A DNA stretch of 63,947 nt, filler included, from Perkinsus chesapeaki ATCC PRA-425 (GCA_013115145.1; 10 parts of 10 records of this genome joined end to end with filler, not necessarily neighbours in it), one strand, 5' to 3'. Numbered from the whole stretch's first letter, positions 36,848 through 50,191 are shown. Program-made: numbers and translations. Notes: a model not told the origin generated them from the sequence alone.

Positions 36848-38846
36848 ATGATTGGATTGTGGCCCTTTCGTCTAGGCCGTGCCTCTCCAGTGGGGTACTG
36901 AGAAAGATGGCTACACAGAAGAGTATCGCCGGAGGCTACTGTGCTCTCACCACCGAATTTTTGACTCAGAAAGGCCTCGGAAACTACGAGGCGGTGAGAG
37001 AGGCTATACGATCAATTAAGTCATCCAAAGGCTGCGGACTTAGTGTAGCCGCCTTCACGAGGTCTCTTCTGGAAATGGGATGTGGCGAAGACAGGTTGAA
37101 GGGAGAGGCATCTGGTATTATCAGAAGTCTCGATTCCCTAGAGAATGGCACTCACTCAGATGAAGAGCTGAGCCTGGCACGCAGGGCCNNNNNNNNNNNN
37201 NNNNNNNNNNNNNNNNNNNNNNNNNNNNNNNNTTAATTAATTAANNNNNNNNNNNNNNNNNNNNNNNNNNNNNNNNNNNNNNNNNNNNTATACCTTTGCA
37301 TTTCTATGCCCGGCAACGATTTGAGTAACACCAGTGGCGATGAACGTCAACTCTCTACAAATGCTTCTTATTGTCTTATGTGCAGTATTCCACTTCTGCT
37401 GTGGCAGATTAGTAGGCGAATTTCAGTAGGCTCTCCATTTCGCGAATCCGAGTAGCGCGCGCCCGAACCACTCTTCGTAAGTGGGTAGGAAAACGATTTC
37501 CGATGGTTCGAAGGATGTCTTCGAAAGTTGATATGATTAATCGAAACGTCAACTCGCATTTGAAGTCTTCCAAGCGTGATGCAACAGCCAAAATACAATA
37601 CAAACTGAACATTAGTATATAAGGCATAGAATTCGTCAGTGACGATTCGTCATTAGTGTGAAGTCCATACTAGTAAACGGCCAGGAACTGCCACTAGTGG
37701 ATGACTAGATACCTATCTAGCTTTTTGTTTGAGATTCCTGCAACCTTGCCCAGTGAAGAGATGAGTCTATGTTGTAAGATCGATACCCCAAGAACTTTGA
37801 ATTCTATCGAAGAGCTTAAGAGGTGTCGACTAACCTATGAACCTGTGTCCACCCTACCCCACGTCATGCTAGCTGCATCGTTGATAATATCCCCCAGACG
37901 ACCGAGGAATAGTCCTTCGGCATTCTCGACGATCGAAGTGTTAGAGAGGAATCTTAATTACTGTTTTAAACTCTTTTATTTTGTTAATTCATACTCTCCG
38001 ATGAATATTTCTATCCCAAGAGATATACTATCTCCCACACAGTGTTTCTTTCTACTTTCCGTTCATTAATATTGTCATATCTTAGGTTGAACAATCAGTC
38101 TTGCCATAAAACTGTGCTTTGATAGATAATATTGTTGGTCTATAAACCTAGAACCTATCGTTCGAGGAGAGGTGGACGATGGGTAGCCCACTTACGGCTT
38201 TTACCAAGCCGGCATTCCATCAGTATAGCAGCGAATTTAATCTGCATGGAAATATTATTTGCTCCTCAGTTTTCCTGAGTTGTTATGTTCAGCAGCGGTC
38301 GAGGTGATCCAACTGTTGATCCGTCGCCTAAGAGTGCCGACTCATTCGCCGGGGAACCGGTGATGCCTGGTACGGCTGATCTGGACAGGTAATATAGAGG
38401 GTAATTGACATAAGCATAATATTCGGCTTTTATTTGAAAGTAATGTATCACAGTATTATTAATCTGTACTGCGTCACACAGTGACAACTGTTATGTAATG
38501 TCTAAAATGAAACTAATATGGTATATATATTTCATGGTAATTTCATTACTGCTCATACACAACTTAGAATCGCTTTACGTGCAGTAGCTAGTATAATGGT
38601 GCTATTAACGTCTATAAAGTATAAGACGTCTATACTTGTCTCCCTGTTGCGGTTGTATAACACTTGGTGTTGTATCACCATTCTCCCACGAGATTCCCCA
38701 ATAGTCTCTCTTGGAACCCGACCCTTCCTTCGTTCAGATACATTGCAAGTTTGCAGAATTGTCAAGCACTGGCGGAGGACGAATTGGCAGGTGAGGCAAT
38801 GGATTAGAGGAATTCGCTCTTTCGTTGAACATCAACATTTTTACAT

Positions 38847-38947
38847 TTTTACATAGTAAAATGTTATTATATAGTGTTGTTCGATTGTCCTTTATTTTTA
38901 CACTAGTAAAATGTTATTATATAATGTTGTTCGATTGTCCTTTATTT
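38847..38947 (+). repeat. 50-bp tandem repeat at contig end
   Basis: TAGTAAAATGTTATTATATA(G/A)TGTTGTTCGATTGTCCTTTATT twice, period 50, running into the gap. Confidence 0.8.
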
Positions 38948-40212
38948 NNNNNNNNNNNNNNNNNNNNNNNNNNNNNNNNNNNNNNNNNNNNTTAATTAAT
39001 TAANNNNNNNNNNNNNNNNNNNNNNNNNNNNNNNNNNNNNNNNNNNNTATGTGAAACGTATCCGGCGAAACGCATGCGTTGTGTGCAGCGCGCCGGTGCA
39101 ACGCACTATAAATATTATCAAGTTTAACTTGTCATTGCTCAAAAGTGAAATGAAGTGCTTTAAGACCGAATGAGCTAATCGACGTGCATCGGCTGCTACA
39201 GTAACAGTCACAGTCGGCTTGCCTCGATCATTGTCGCACGTATTCGCCGCCACCTATCGGTGTCCGATGCCTTTCCACAGTGCTCTGTTGAAGATGTAAA
39301 TAATTGAAATCAAACAGATTGTCCGTCTACGTCGTATTTTTCCATTGTCATCGACTTTCGGCATCCTTGCCTTATTTCAGAGCCCTACAGAACAGCTTGA
39401 AAGTATCCAAAAGTCAAATTCAAGTTATTGGTGTTACACACAATCGACTGGAAATGTAAGTCAACTCATTTTCTCAGCGAAAACGTCTCGACTAGATACA
39501 TGGATTTGATTGAACCACCTACGGTGTTTGCCGGTGATGATTTGGAGAAGCCCGCTGATGCACGAAAGAGCTCCAAAACTGGAAAGTGAGCCTATCACGT
39601 GACTTTTGATATTCGATCTTTTGCCAGGGGACCGACGCCCTCGGCGGACGAGCTATATGTCGAACTTGACCTTCAGTTGCAGGACAGTCAAAGCCCTTTA
39701 CGGTCACGATCTGAATTCAGCGAGTAGCGCTGCGCTTTACTGCTTTAGTGCTATCGTTTGATTCTTGAGGTATTTAAAAAGTGGCGCAACTTTGCAGAGG
39801 CTAATGGTCGATGAGCGATGGGCCGCTGAATGTATGAAAGAAGTAGGCTCATCCTTCTAAATTACTTCCTTATTTCGTGCTTTAGAACCAAAGGCTTGGA
39901 AGATCTGTTGTCCTCGATGGTACTGGCCGTAAGCAGCGGAAAGTAAGTTGTATAGTAGAGTCTGGCTATTAACGACTTCATCAGGTTGGCTACGAGCCAC
40001 CGGCCTTCGATCCCATGCTGCCAGGCACGGCACTAACCGAAGACCAAGGACTATCAACATTAGGTGGATAGTAGATTTAGTATCGAAGGAGGAATTGTAT
40101 TTATCAGATGCAAGCATTCGTGCATTAGCTCCACCTGGCAAGTTGAGTGATGATTTATTTACACAAACTGTCCCTCCAAGCGTTGGGGCACACAAAGGTA
40201 GGCCAGTTAGAA

Positions 40213-40284
40213 AGGGCGCGCCCGGATTTGAACCGAGGACCTGCTGATCTGCAGTCAGCCGCTCTACCACTGAGCTACACACCC
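40213..40284 (-). tRNA. trnC-GCA: tRNA-Cys (anticodon GCA)
   Basis: GGGTGTGTAGCTCAGTGGTAGAGCGGCTGACTGCAGATCAGCAGGTCCTCGGTTCAAATCCGGGCGCGCCCT folds into a full cloverleaf. Confidence 0.93.
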
Positions 40285-41353
40285 GATGAGAGGTTACTAT
40301 TTCCCCACCTTCTCGTCAGGTGATTCAGCATGGTATATTCCGGCTGGACCATTCCGAACACCATCTCTTCTCAAAGATGAAGACCTTGCCAACCATAGAA
40401 TGTACGCTTATGTCAATATTATGTAAGACTTGTTTATTTTCCAAACAGGTACACTTTTTACGATGTTCGTTCCTGCGATTTGCTACTTCAAGAGAAGTTC
40501 AACCCACACGCTAAGTTTTTCCTTACAAGACATCCCTTATCAAACATAAGTACCAAAGACAAACTTATCCTGGACAAGGCAAGAGGGCACAGGTTCGATT
40601 CTCCCCTGAGATGTTCTTTTCCGTCAGGTCACAGCGCTGGAGTCTAAAGTCGATAACGTTGAAGCAAACGAGGAATCATGAGCCTTATAAAATATGTTTG
40701 TGTCGTTACGTTGTTATCCTCCTATACTGTATTGGTCTTTTGTTACAAACAGTCAACTAACCTACGGTATAGCAGTAACAACGCTTAATGCGACCGGAGT
40801 GAACGCAATGGAAGCATTGCAGCTCAGAGTCTTAACGGCAACCCGTCAATCATTTCGGAAGGATTTATGAACCTTTGATCGGATGCACTTGAATCAAGCG
40901 CGGTATCTGGCGTTGACGGGATGGAAACAAGGAGCCCCACGGGAAGAAGTATATTACCATTGTATTCTAGAGCGAAGTGGTCACACACAGTTTGGGATAA
41001 ATCATGTTTCGGGTGGCCTTATTCTTGGTATTAGGCAGCACGGGAATACTCTATTTATGTGGTTTATCTATTTACTCTATCTGTTTACTCTTTACGGTGG
41101 TTCGTTATTACTATTTGGAATGGTCAGTGTGGCCTAATGATAGCCACATCCTCATATCGCTGGTCTATTCAAGGCTGAGACTGTAACTCAATAAGTGATG
41201 CTGATATAAAAGTACTATCAATAATAAGATATCATCAGATTGGTTGGCCGAGGCGTAATGATGCCCCTGCCTGTACGAAATGTAATGACTCTCTACCATC
41301 TGAGGGTAACACATATCTTCTATAAAATTGATGCTCCTGCTTGCCTTGTTGGT

Positions 41354-41735
41354 CTAGTGGCCTAGAATGTCCTGATTATCGGGCTTGTTGGTGTAATACA
41401 GAGTATTGGTAGCACGGTAGTTGTTGAGATAAACACCAGATACCTAACAAGAATTGAGCGCCACACCTCTGCCGATGTTCACGTACCAGCATAAGACCAA
41501 AGCAGACCTGGAAGGACATGCCACCGAGAAGGCTGTTCCAGCCAGTCCAATCGACCCAGTCTTTAACTTGCTTCAGTACAGGCGGACGGTTCATACCATA
41601 AACGTATCTTCCGTACCTGCTAGGAGTATAAAGATACGTTATAGGTTGAATGACAGACCTTCTTGGGCCGAAGTATTTGACAGGATGAGGGATATGTCCG
41701 CCTTTCATGGGGAGAAGTACTTGCACGGTTGACAT
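41354..41735 (-). CDS. Small single-TM protein, possibly a myzozoan-specific cytochrome c oxidase subunit (2 exons)
   Basis: MSTVQVLL...PPVLKQVKDWVDWTGWNSLLGGMSFQVCFGLML|VSGVYLNNYRATNTLYYTNKPDNQDILGH*, using a short GT-AG intron. The KQV-x-x-W-x-x-W-x-GWN pattern recalls an apicomplexan ApiCox subunit (memory only). Confidence 0.55.
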
Positions 41736-42389
41736 GTCGATAAGGCCACACTCCTCGAGAGTATCTTAGGTTCAAGTAGCAATCATTAATATATCAATAG
41801 AGATCTTACCATCATCCTTAAGAACCCTGCCGTTGTAGGTAACTCTCATATCATAGGTGCCAAGACCTAAGAGACCGAAAGATTCTCCGGAGGTTGATTC
41901 AGGTGCTACCGGTCTTGTCGGCCAAGTCCATTTTAAGCTCAGCAACTAGCTCATCCTTATCAGCGTCAATCACGACTGGACGCTTGTCAATCGCCGAAGC
42001 AAAGATTTGCATAATAAGATCAAAAATCGACCTTGACGAAGATGATGAGAACGCGTTCTTACAAACGATTGTGTAAAAAAGTCACAAACGATTATGAGTT
42101 ACAACGCTGATGTGTAAGTGGGGCATTTATCCCGTTTTCTCCTTTATCGTTAAGCCCGGTAAGTAAAGCCATAGAAATACAGCGGATCCCCTGCCAATGC
42201 ATCTTGTTCGTATCAGAAAACACTAACTGGCTTCTATTATACACTTCAGCTCTAGAGCGCAGTGACTGTTATTAAATGGTATCTTGGTAGGTATCTTTTT
42301 GCCGCTTAAGCTCAAACCGTGAGTTTGGTCTTGGTGGGCTTATCGATTTGGACTGATATTGCTATTGACAGCTTTGTGAGTGTTTAACA

Positions 42390-44863
42390 ATGGCTACTGC
42401 CCTAGGCTCCAGTTCTATTCCCGGTATTCTGGCCCATGGAGCCTCAGAGAACAGGGGTGAAAATGCGAGGTATCTAAGCTTCAACCATACAAGATACACG
42501 GAAGGTTGATTCGCTGACCGTATTTTTTCTTAGACTTGAAAGTTACGTTGGAGCCATCGCTATTGGTGACCTTGTAAAGACCACTCTCGGCCCTAGGGGT
42601 ACTACCCCCTCAGACACTATCGCATTATCTGTTCCTTTCAGGCATGGACAAGATCCTCGAGAGGATGGATAAACAAGGTCCGCGTGGTAAGAACATCACA
42701 GTCACCAACGATGGTGCTACTATACTTCAATCAATCTGGGTGGACAATCCGGCAGCTAAGATCCTCGTGGACATGAGCCGAACTCAGGTAAGTCTGCCCG
42801 ACGTGTACTTTATAGATTCTTATTCAACAGGACCAACAGTGCGGTGATGGCACTACCTCAGTAGTGGTATTAGCCGCTGAGATGCTTCGTCGAGCTGAGG
42901 ATCTCGTCACCATCCAGAAGCTTCATCCCATGGTCATCATTAAGGTACCTGTGATGGCAGTCTCTTGGACCTGGTCAGTTGGGCTCTCAGGGATTCAGGG
43001 CCGCTCTCGCAACAGCTAGAAAGACCCTTGAAGGATGTGCCTTTGATAATGGAAAGGATGAGACTAAATTCCGTAAACTATATGCTAGATTTATTGCGGT
43101 GTGATGGTGGGCTTGGCAGGTGAGGATCTCTTGGCCATCGCTCGAACGACTCTATCGTCGAAGCTTCTCCATTACGAGAAGGACAAGTTCGCCGAGTTGG
43201 CCGTTGATGCCGTTCTTAGATTGAAGGGCCGGAAGACTCTGGATTACATCCAAGTTGGACTCAAGTTGACCTTGGATGCTTTTCATTTGTTGGTTTTTAT
43301 AGGTCATCAAGAAGCCCGGTGGATCGCTACGCGATAGTTACCTTGAAGATGGTTTCATTTTAGAGAAGCGCATCGGCACTGGAATGCCTAAAAAGATCGA
43401 GGACTGCAAGGTGATGAGCGCATTTGTGTTTTTTGTTTATTATCCCACTTTAAAGGTTATGATTGCCAACACTCCCATGGACACTGATAAGATCAAGATT
43501 TATGGTGCTCGAGTTAAGGTCGATTCTTTGACCAGCGTTCAGGAGATAGAGGTACTTTACATTTAACCTAAAATGTCTCTTGGATGCGCGCAGGGTTGCG
43601 AATATCTTTTCAACTTGAAGGGTATCTTTCATGGTTCAACCTTAAAATATCTTAATTGCGTTTCAGGCGGCTGAAAAGGAGAAGATGAAGGATAAGGTCA
43701 ATAGAATTTGCGACTCGGGCTGCAACGTTTTCATCAACAGGTGAGTGGTTCCCAAAACATCATCAAACTAATCTTTTAAATCAGACAATTGATTTATAAT
43801 TATCCCGAGCAATGCTTCCGTGACCGCGGCGTTGTCGCCATTGAGCACTCTGACTTCGAGGGCACTGAGAGGCTCGCCGCCGTCCTTGGTAGAATCTTCA
43901 TAGTGCGCAGGGATGGTATCTTTCGGTTCCATCAGATGCTGATATCGCATCAACTTTCGAGGAGCCTAAGAAGATCAAACTTGGCCGATGCAAAGAAATT
44001 AAGGAGATTATGCTCGGTGAGTTTTTGGATGCTTATCCATCACAGTGAAAAAACTGAAACCGGAAAGATGAACTGTGGATCGAGATTGGTGTGGGAAATT
44101 ATATGGAACGGTGTTTTCAAAATCTATCTCTCGTCCTTCGTATGTAACGCATCAAAGGCACTAGCGTCGGTGCTCATCATGGTTTAACTTATTTTTAGGG
44201 GAGGACAAGGCAATTCAGTTTACAGGATGTGCTTCCGGTGAGGCATGTTGCATTGTCCTTAGAGGAGCCAGTCAACACGTTCTCGATGTAAGTCGACTTT
44301 GCGATGCCCATGATTATGTTTTTTACTTTCCAGGAGGCCGAGCGATCCCTTCATGACGCGTTGGCTGTCCTCTACCAAACGATTGATGAGACCAGAGTTG
44401 TCTACGGTGGTGGATGCACTGAAATGGAGATGGCCGTCCATGTGCTCGAATTAGCTGCTAAAACCGAAGGGAAGGTAAATGAAAAGCATTGGTTATTAAA
44501 CGCAACGGAATGCCTTCTAGGAAGCGCTCGCTATTGAAGCCTTTGCCAAAGCGCTTATGGCGATGCCTGGCATTCTCTCTGAGAATGGAGGATTCGATGC
44601 CGCTGAGTTGGTCGGCAACTTGCGTGCTATGCACCAGAAGGGCGAGAAGGACGCTGGTTTAGATCTCTCTAAGGGGTGAGAAATCAACTTGATGTTAATT
44701 TAAATTGGTCTATTTTAGGGAAGTTGCCAGCATGTCTGAGCTTCGTATCTGCGAGTCATATCGATCAAAGCTCTCTCAGCTGTGTGCCGCCACTGAGGCA
44801 GCTGAACAGGTCGTTCGAGTGGACAACATCATCAGGAATGCTCCTAGACAGCGAAACGCATAA
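42390..44863 (+). CDS. CCT2: T-complex protein 1 subunit beta (chaperonin CCT beta), multi-exon
   Basis: [103 protein letters not shown]. Confidence 0.96.
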
Positions 44864-45523
44864 GTACGGTTTTCATCCCTTCAGTTAAATTGACGGTTCA
44901 GTTTTCAGATTATCTAACGTTCCAATCGTTAAGGCGGTTACGAGTGCCTTTCTAGTGTGTATGGAAGCGATCAGGATCAACAGCCCGCCGAATAAAATAC
45001 CTTTTCCGTTAAATCAATGCATTTGAGTTATGAAGTCAACAAAAACACTCATTAACGAAACCTTCCAACGAGGTCAGTCAAATGCTGGCTAATTTCGTGG
45101 CGCGTGACAAAACGTACAGCCGTCCACGTGAAGGGTCATCGAAGGTGGCAGCCCTTCCAGTCTCTTCCGTCATACATCGGCTTTTACTGATTATTACGTT
45201 TTAATTCGTGTGTTGGTATCTTGTCGATGAATGAGAAAACTCCCGATTGTTTTGAAGGGAGGAAAAGATAACAATGTTATTTTACCAGCCCATCTCCGAA
45301 AGCGAAAAGTCCTTCAAGGGTGATGCTTCAGAGCTTCGGGGAGAGATTCAATTCTGAAGGTTTTGCATGCCGAGCAGGAATTGGTTTACAAGAAGTTCAA
45401 AATGATCGGGAGGTGACGGGGCGTTCAGTGTGACCGTGGTTCGGTCACGACTCGTGTGTCACGTGATCAAGCTGCCGCCCGTTTAAATTTGGCCTGGTAA
45501 CAAAGCCACGGTCCTCGCTAACA

Positions 45524-46471
45524 ATGCCACTTGGATGGCACATACTGATCTTTGCTTCACTGATCTCATGGTCAATCGCTGGTAACAAGAACATCAAGCA
45601 CGATGTTGAGAAGAACTCTTTTGAGGTAAATATTCATGGAGATGGTATAAGAAAATACAACGTCTACACTCCGAAGCATAAGGCTGTAACTTCACTACTG
45701 CTGGCACTACATGACTTCGGTGAACAACGCGCGTATTTCTTGTATCACACTGATTTTAGAAAGCATGCAAATACCTATGGTTACGAACTGCTGGTACCCC
45801 AAGCCGCGGCGCGGGGGGGAGCGTACCCGGCCTGGAATGCGGGAGGGTGCTGCGTACTACGAAACGATTCTATGATACCGAACGACACTCATTTTATCGA
45901 AGCGATTATCGCTGCCCGTCGGGCAGTATATGGTGACGTTCCTGTTTATGGGTATGGTTTTGGGAATGGTGGAATGATGATTGAGACACTCATGTGTGAT
46001 GGTGTTATCATAAAAGGAGTAGATGCAGCTGGAACACTCGCAATATCAGATAATTACAAGACCGGTATAGCGGCATGTGATGAGAGGTTCCAACGAGCGG
46101 CGGCCTTATCAACCGAAACAAGTCTGCTTATCATCCATGGGACTTTCGATTTCTTCATTTCATGGTCGGGAGAGACTGCGATGTTCGGCAATCGAGTCCC
46201 TGCCAAATGGGATAATTTTATCGGATGGGGCGCACGGCTAGGCTGCGACGTCACTTCAAACAACTCTAAGCAAGTTCCGTGGGTTAGCACTGGCCTTCTG
46301 AGTGGATTCTGGAAGATACCGTGCCCTCGCAAAACCGGTAACAAAGTCGTAATGTTCAAAGTCAAAGGTGGGACCCACTTTGTCAACCTTGATTGGCGGG
46401 CATTCTTTAGAATACGTACCGAAGACATCAGTGTAGCATTTCTTTACGATGGGAGAGAGCCATATCAATAA
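45524..46471 (+). CDS. Secreted LpqC/PHB-depolymerase-like alpha/beta hydrolase homolog with Ser-to-Gly nucleophile change
   Basis: Signal peptide; LLLALHD, LLVPQA, AWNAGGCC, NDTHFIEAII, VYGYGFGNGGMM (canonical G-F-S-N-G), IIHGTFD, GGTH. Intronless. Confidence 0.75.
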   Translation: MPLGWHILIFASLISWSIAGNKNIKHDVEKNSFEVNIHGDGIRKYNVYTPKHKAVTSLLLALHDFGEQRAYFLYHTDFRKHANTYGYELLVPQAAARGGAYPAWNAGGCCVLRNDSMIPNDTHFIEAIIAARRAVYGDVPVYGYGFGNGGMMIETLMCDGVIIKGVDAAGTLAISDNYKTGIAACDERFQRAAALSTETSLLIIHGTFDFFISWSGETAMFGNRVPAKWDNFIGWGARLGCDVTSNNSKQVPWVSTGLLSGFWKIPCPRKTGNKVVMFKVKGGTHFVNLDWRAFFRIRTEDISVAFLYDGREPYQ

Positions 46472-49400
46472 CGCTCTACTCCTAATTTTGCAAGGTTCTG
46501 CATTCTCCGTAAATGATATAGTCGTTCATGTTTCTGGACTCGTCGAAACATCTTCACACTAGCCTCCGATGGCAGACTAACGGTTAGTTGATTAATGTCA
46601 GTAGTTTGCCACCATGAATTCGACGTCTTATCGTTGAACTACGAGTAATAGGTCAATTAATTGGGAGGACTCGATTGTTAAGTGGGGCACTATTTTTCAT
46701 GATCGCGATGAACAACGGTCACGATTCGGTCCAAGAAGGCGGGAGCTCCTCTGCACTTTTACAGTGTAGACTCTACACACGAGAAAGCGTGTTTCGATTG
46801 CGACCACATTTGTGACTTCTTATTAACAGAATGAAGAGTTCAGCCACGTGGAGCCAATGTGTGCATCCATTCCATACCATTCCTTTTACTGTATTATCGT
46901 ATGCCAACAAGGTGAGGCGTTCGGCTCTTTGAGCTCACTGGAGAATATGGCAAATATGGTGTAAGTGATGCCAATACGATTTTCCAAACCCAACAAGTGA
47001 CATGCTGGAAATGACAATAACGCTTTAAGACGACATTATTGTGTTGATAATGAGTATTATGAATTGACCATCTCGAAGTAGTACAGCGGCGGGAACGTCT
47101 TAGTGAAGCGGATGCCTCTACCATCAGCCGGTACACCTCGCCAAATGCTGTTAATCTGGTATTTAACCTCTCATAATGATACAACTGATGATGACTTATA
47201 TATAATAATAGATAATCCAACCAACGACGACGACAATGCTAATGCTATACATGCAAATAAGTGATAACACTCAGTAGTGAATTTATGTTGATAATATAGA
47301 AAATCTAAGATGGTGCTGTTGTTTATGATTATGATGGTTATAATAATAATAATAACTTATCGTGCATTAATCTAACTTGGGCAGTGGCAGCGGCACACTC
47401 TGCACACTTCTACTAATGCATAGCTTTATTATTAATCAAATTCTTCACTTAAAAGAATCGTCACTTTCTCCCCGGCCTTCTCGTTACAAGGAGTCACTGA
47501 CAAAAACAAAAAAAAATACATGACAGCTCGGACTGCATTCCAAAGACATCAGAAACGATCGAGACAGTGCACTTGGTTCATGGGCCCAGGGGACCAGATA
47601 AGATTGCATCCAAGTTGCTCACGAGAAAACATCTTTTATGCTTATCGAGTGAGATGTTATGTAGCTTGGCAACTCACTTTGAGGATGCCTCTCGCTGAAG
47701 GGTGACAGCGAGCCCGATGCCATGACGTTGTTTCCTCTAGACTGAGTAAAAACCACTTTACTTTCAATAAAAAGTTTTCAAGGCTTACATCAAGTGGAGT
47801 GTCAAAAGGCAATGTCCTGCTGACCGCCGGAGTGGTCGGGTTCTCTGAGGTGAACAGCTTCAGTTATCGTATCTTTCACGCTGAAACTTGCCATCATTAA
47901 ATCCACAATTGGTATGCACGCCGAATAACGAGGCAGCTGCTATTGCCGCCGGAGACGTTATAGACATGTAGGCCTGTTGGAGAGCTTGTTGTTGATGATG
48001 ATATAAAATCTGAGCCTGCTGGGCAATCACAAGGGCCTGACAGAAATATCAGACTGATGCTCATGTTGGCTTCGGTCTGACGGAATCGATCAGCTGGAGT
48101 TCTTTTACTAAATCGATCACCAAGTCGTTATCCTCGGAAGTCCAAGCATTCACGGGAGCATAGACGGCGGAGCAAGTAGCAGTTCGCTGGGGAGATCCCA
48201 GTCAAAAATGTTTTTCTGCTCGAAAAGATTAAGGTGTCCTGGAAAGTATTTGGAAAGAATCCAAGTTCTTGCAAATGTTGTAAATATATGAAAATAGTAT
48301 GATTCATGGCAAGAAGACATCATCCTTGCTTTCCAGCCAAACGTGAAGATAACCTTCGAATCCCAGAGCTAAGAAAAATAGAGCCGATTTCAACCAGCTA
48401 CCTGCAATTGAGTATGTTGCCGCTGAAGTGTCCCAACAAGTTGTGTGAGAGCATCCACTGACTCGGACTCAGGTGTCGGCGGGTCATGCTGAAATTAACA
48501 AGTTCGAACGGAGCACTACGTAATTGTATTTATTAGAAGGTAGTGAAGAGATACTAGTAGATTAGCGTGTATTAATAATTAATTAAAGTGTACTGTCTTG
48601 AAAAAACTATTTTTTTAATAATAAATAATAAAAATATTATTATGCTTCCAAGTGCTCAGCAGCTGAGCCTCAGCTGTGGGCACAGAAATATAAAAATGCT
48701 AAAGTTGATTGCTGGGCTGATGATTGCTCTGTAAATGACTGCAACAAACCCCTCTATAAGCAAGCATAATCGGAACTTTCCGATCTCAGTAACCCGGCAG
48801 CAAATGTGGGATTTATCACTAACCATGATGATAAAGAGGAAAATATCGTGAAATAGAAGTGCCAAATGATGCGCACTATCAAGAATCTAGTTTTCCAATT
48901 CTCTATCTTTATAACACACAAATACATAGTTCCCCCTATACCCAGTTCTTAGATCCAAATTTGACCATCTTTGAAGATGACACCAGATCACGACTCACAT
49001 CAATTTTCAATCCCGGAGGAAACGGCGTCGAACAGCCAAAGTAACTGTCCCGTCCAGAAGGGTATCTTGTCATCGACGGGGGAGTAGCAGTGAAACGAGC
49101 AGAGCCCTAAAGCAACTTTTACAAACCAAACGAACCAAGTTCGAATCCAGGTACCTGCATTTTGCCCACGACCGGACTTGGGCCCGCCATCGGTGTCATT
49201 ACTTCACGGCGATGATAATCAAACCTACCAGAAATACAAGCGTTGAAGAAGATAGGAGAAGTGGCGGAGACGACAACCGTGGATGAAACAAGATATAGTA
49301 CGTCGACGACCAAGAGTATTATAATGATACCTACTCACGCTTAGGAGAGACTACAGGGTGTCTCTACGGCTTCCCAACGTCGCCGTCGCACTCGGATACT

Positions 49401-49679
49401 CGCTACAATGGAGCTGTGGTGACGGGGGTAAAGCGCTTTACCCCCATCAAACGATAAGATCTACCAGATGCCCCGGAGGAAAGCCTCCATACTGGCCATC
49501 TCACCAGGGCTCCGTATCCGTCACAGTTGTGAATTATATTGCCAACAAGCACCATGATCAAATAGCGAGGCTCCGAAAGAGAACGAGTAAGCACACAATC
49601 ATCAAATTTATCACTTTACGAATCCCTCCACAAAAGGCTGCAGTTTTCGCTTCCTCCACCCCACAGTGGCTCACATAGG

Positions 49680-49870
49680 TGTGGGGCTAGCTGCAGTAGT
49701 AGTCTGACTCCGAGTGCTGGCAACATGAATGCTCCTCAGGTCCTCAGAAGGAATAATAATTATTATAAGTCTAGGATTGCCACCCACCTCCATGCCATGA
49801 GCAAAGCGACACTCAGTCGACGAAAGGGGGCAGGAGTCGACCAACCATTTGTCACACATGGTCGTCTTTC
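49680..49870 (-). CDS. CCCH zinc-finger exon(s) of a larger minus-strand gene
   Basis: KTTMCDKWLVDSCPLSSTECRFAHGME|DLR fits KT-x-(M/L)C...C...C-x3-HG-x-x-(E/D)LR, with a short GT-AG intron before DLR. Confidence 0.55.
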
Positions 49871-49995
49871 TGAAGGAACATCATCATAACCGAGAGAGAA
49901 AATTTGGTGAAGTGTATCTGATTCTCTCATCACTCCTGAAGCCGTGGCGACGTACTCATTCCAGCTGTCAGGCGAGAAATTCCGTAGAGTCGATG

Positions 49996-50091
49996 GAAAG
50001 GAGTTTGATAGGAAATACGTTACTAGTGATACGGAGGAGGAGATATAATAGAAAGGAGTTTGATAGGAAATATGTTACTAGTGATACGGAG
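49996..50091 (+). repeat. 55-bp tandem repeat at contig end
   Basis: GAAAGGAGTTTGATAGGAAATA(C/T)GTTACTAGTGATACGGAG at 49996 and 50051. Confidence 0.8.
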
Positions 50092-50191
50092 NNNNNNNNN
50101 NNNNNNNNNNNNNNNNNNNNNNNNNNNNNNNNNNNTTAATTAATTAANNNNNNNNNNNNNNNNNNNNNNNNNNNNNNNNNNNNNNNNNNNN

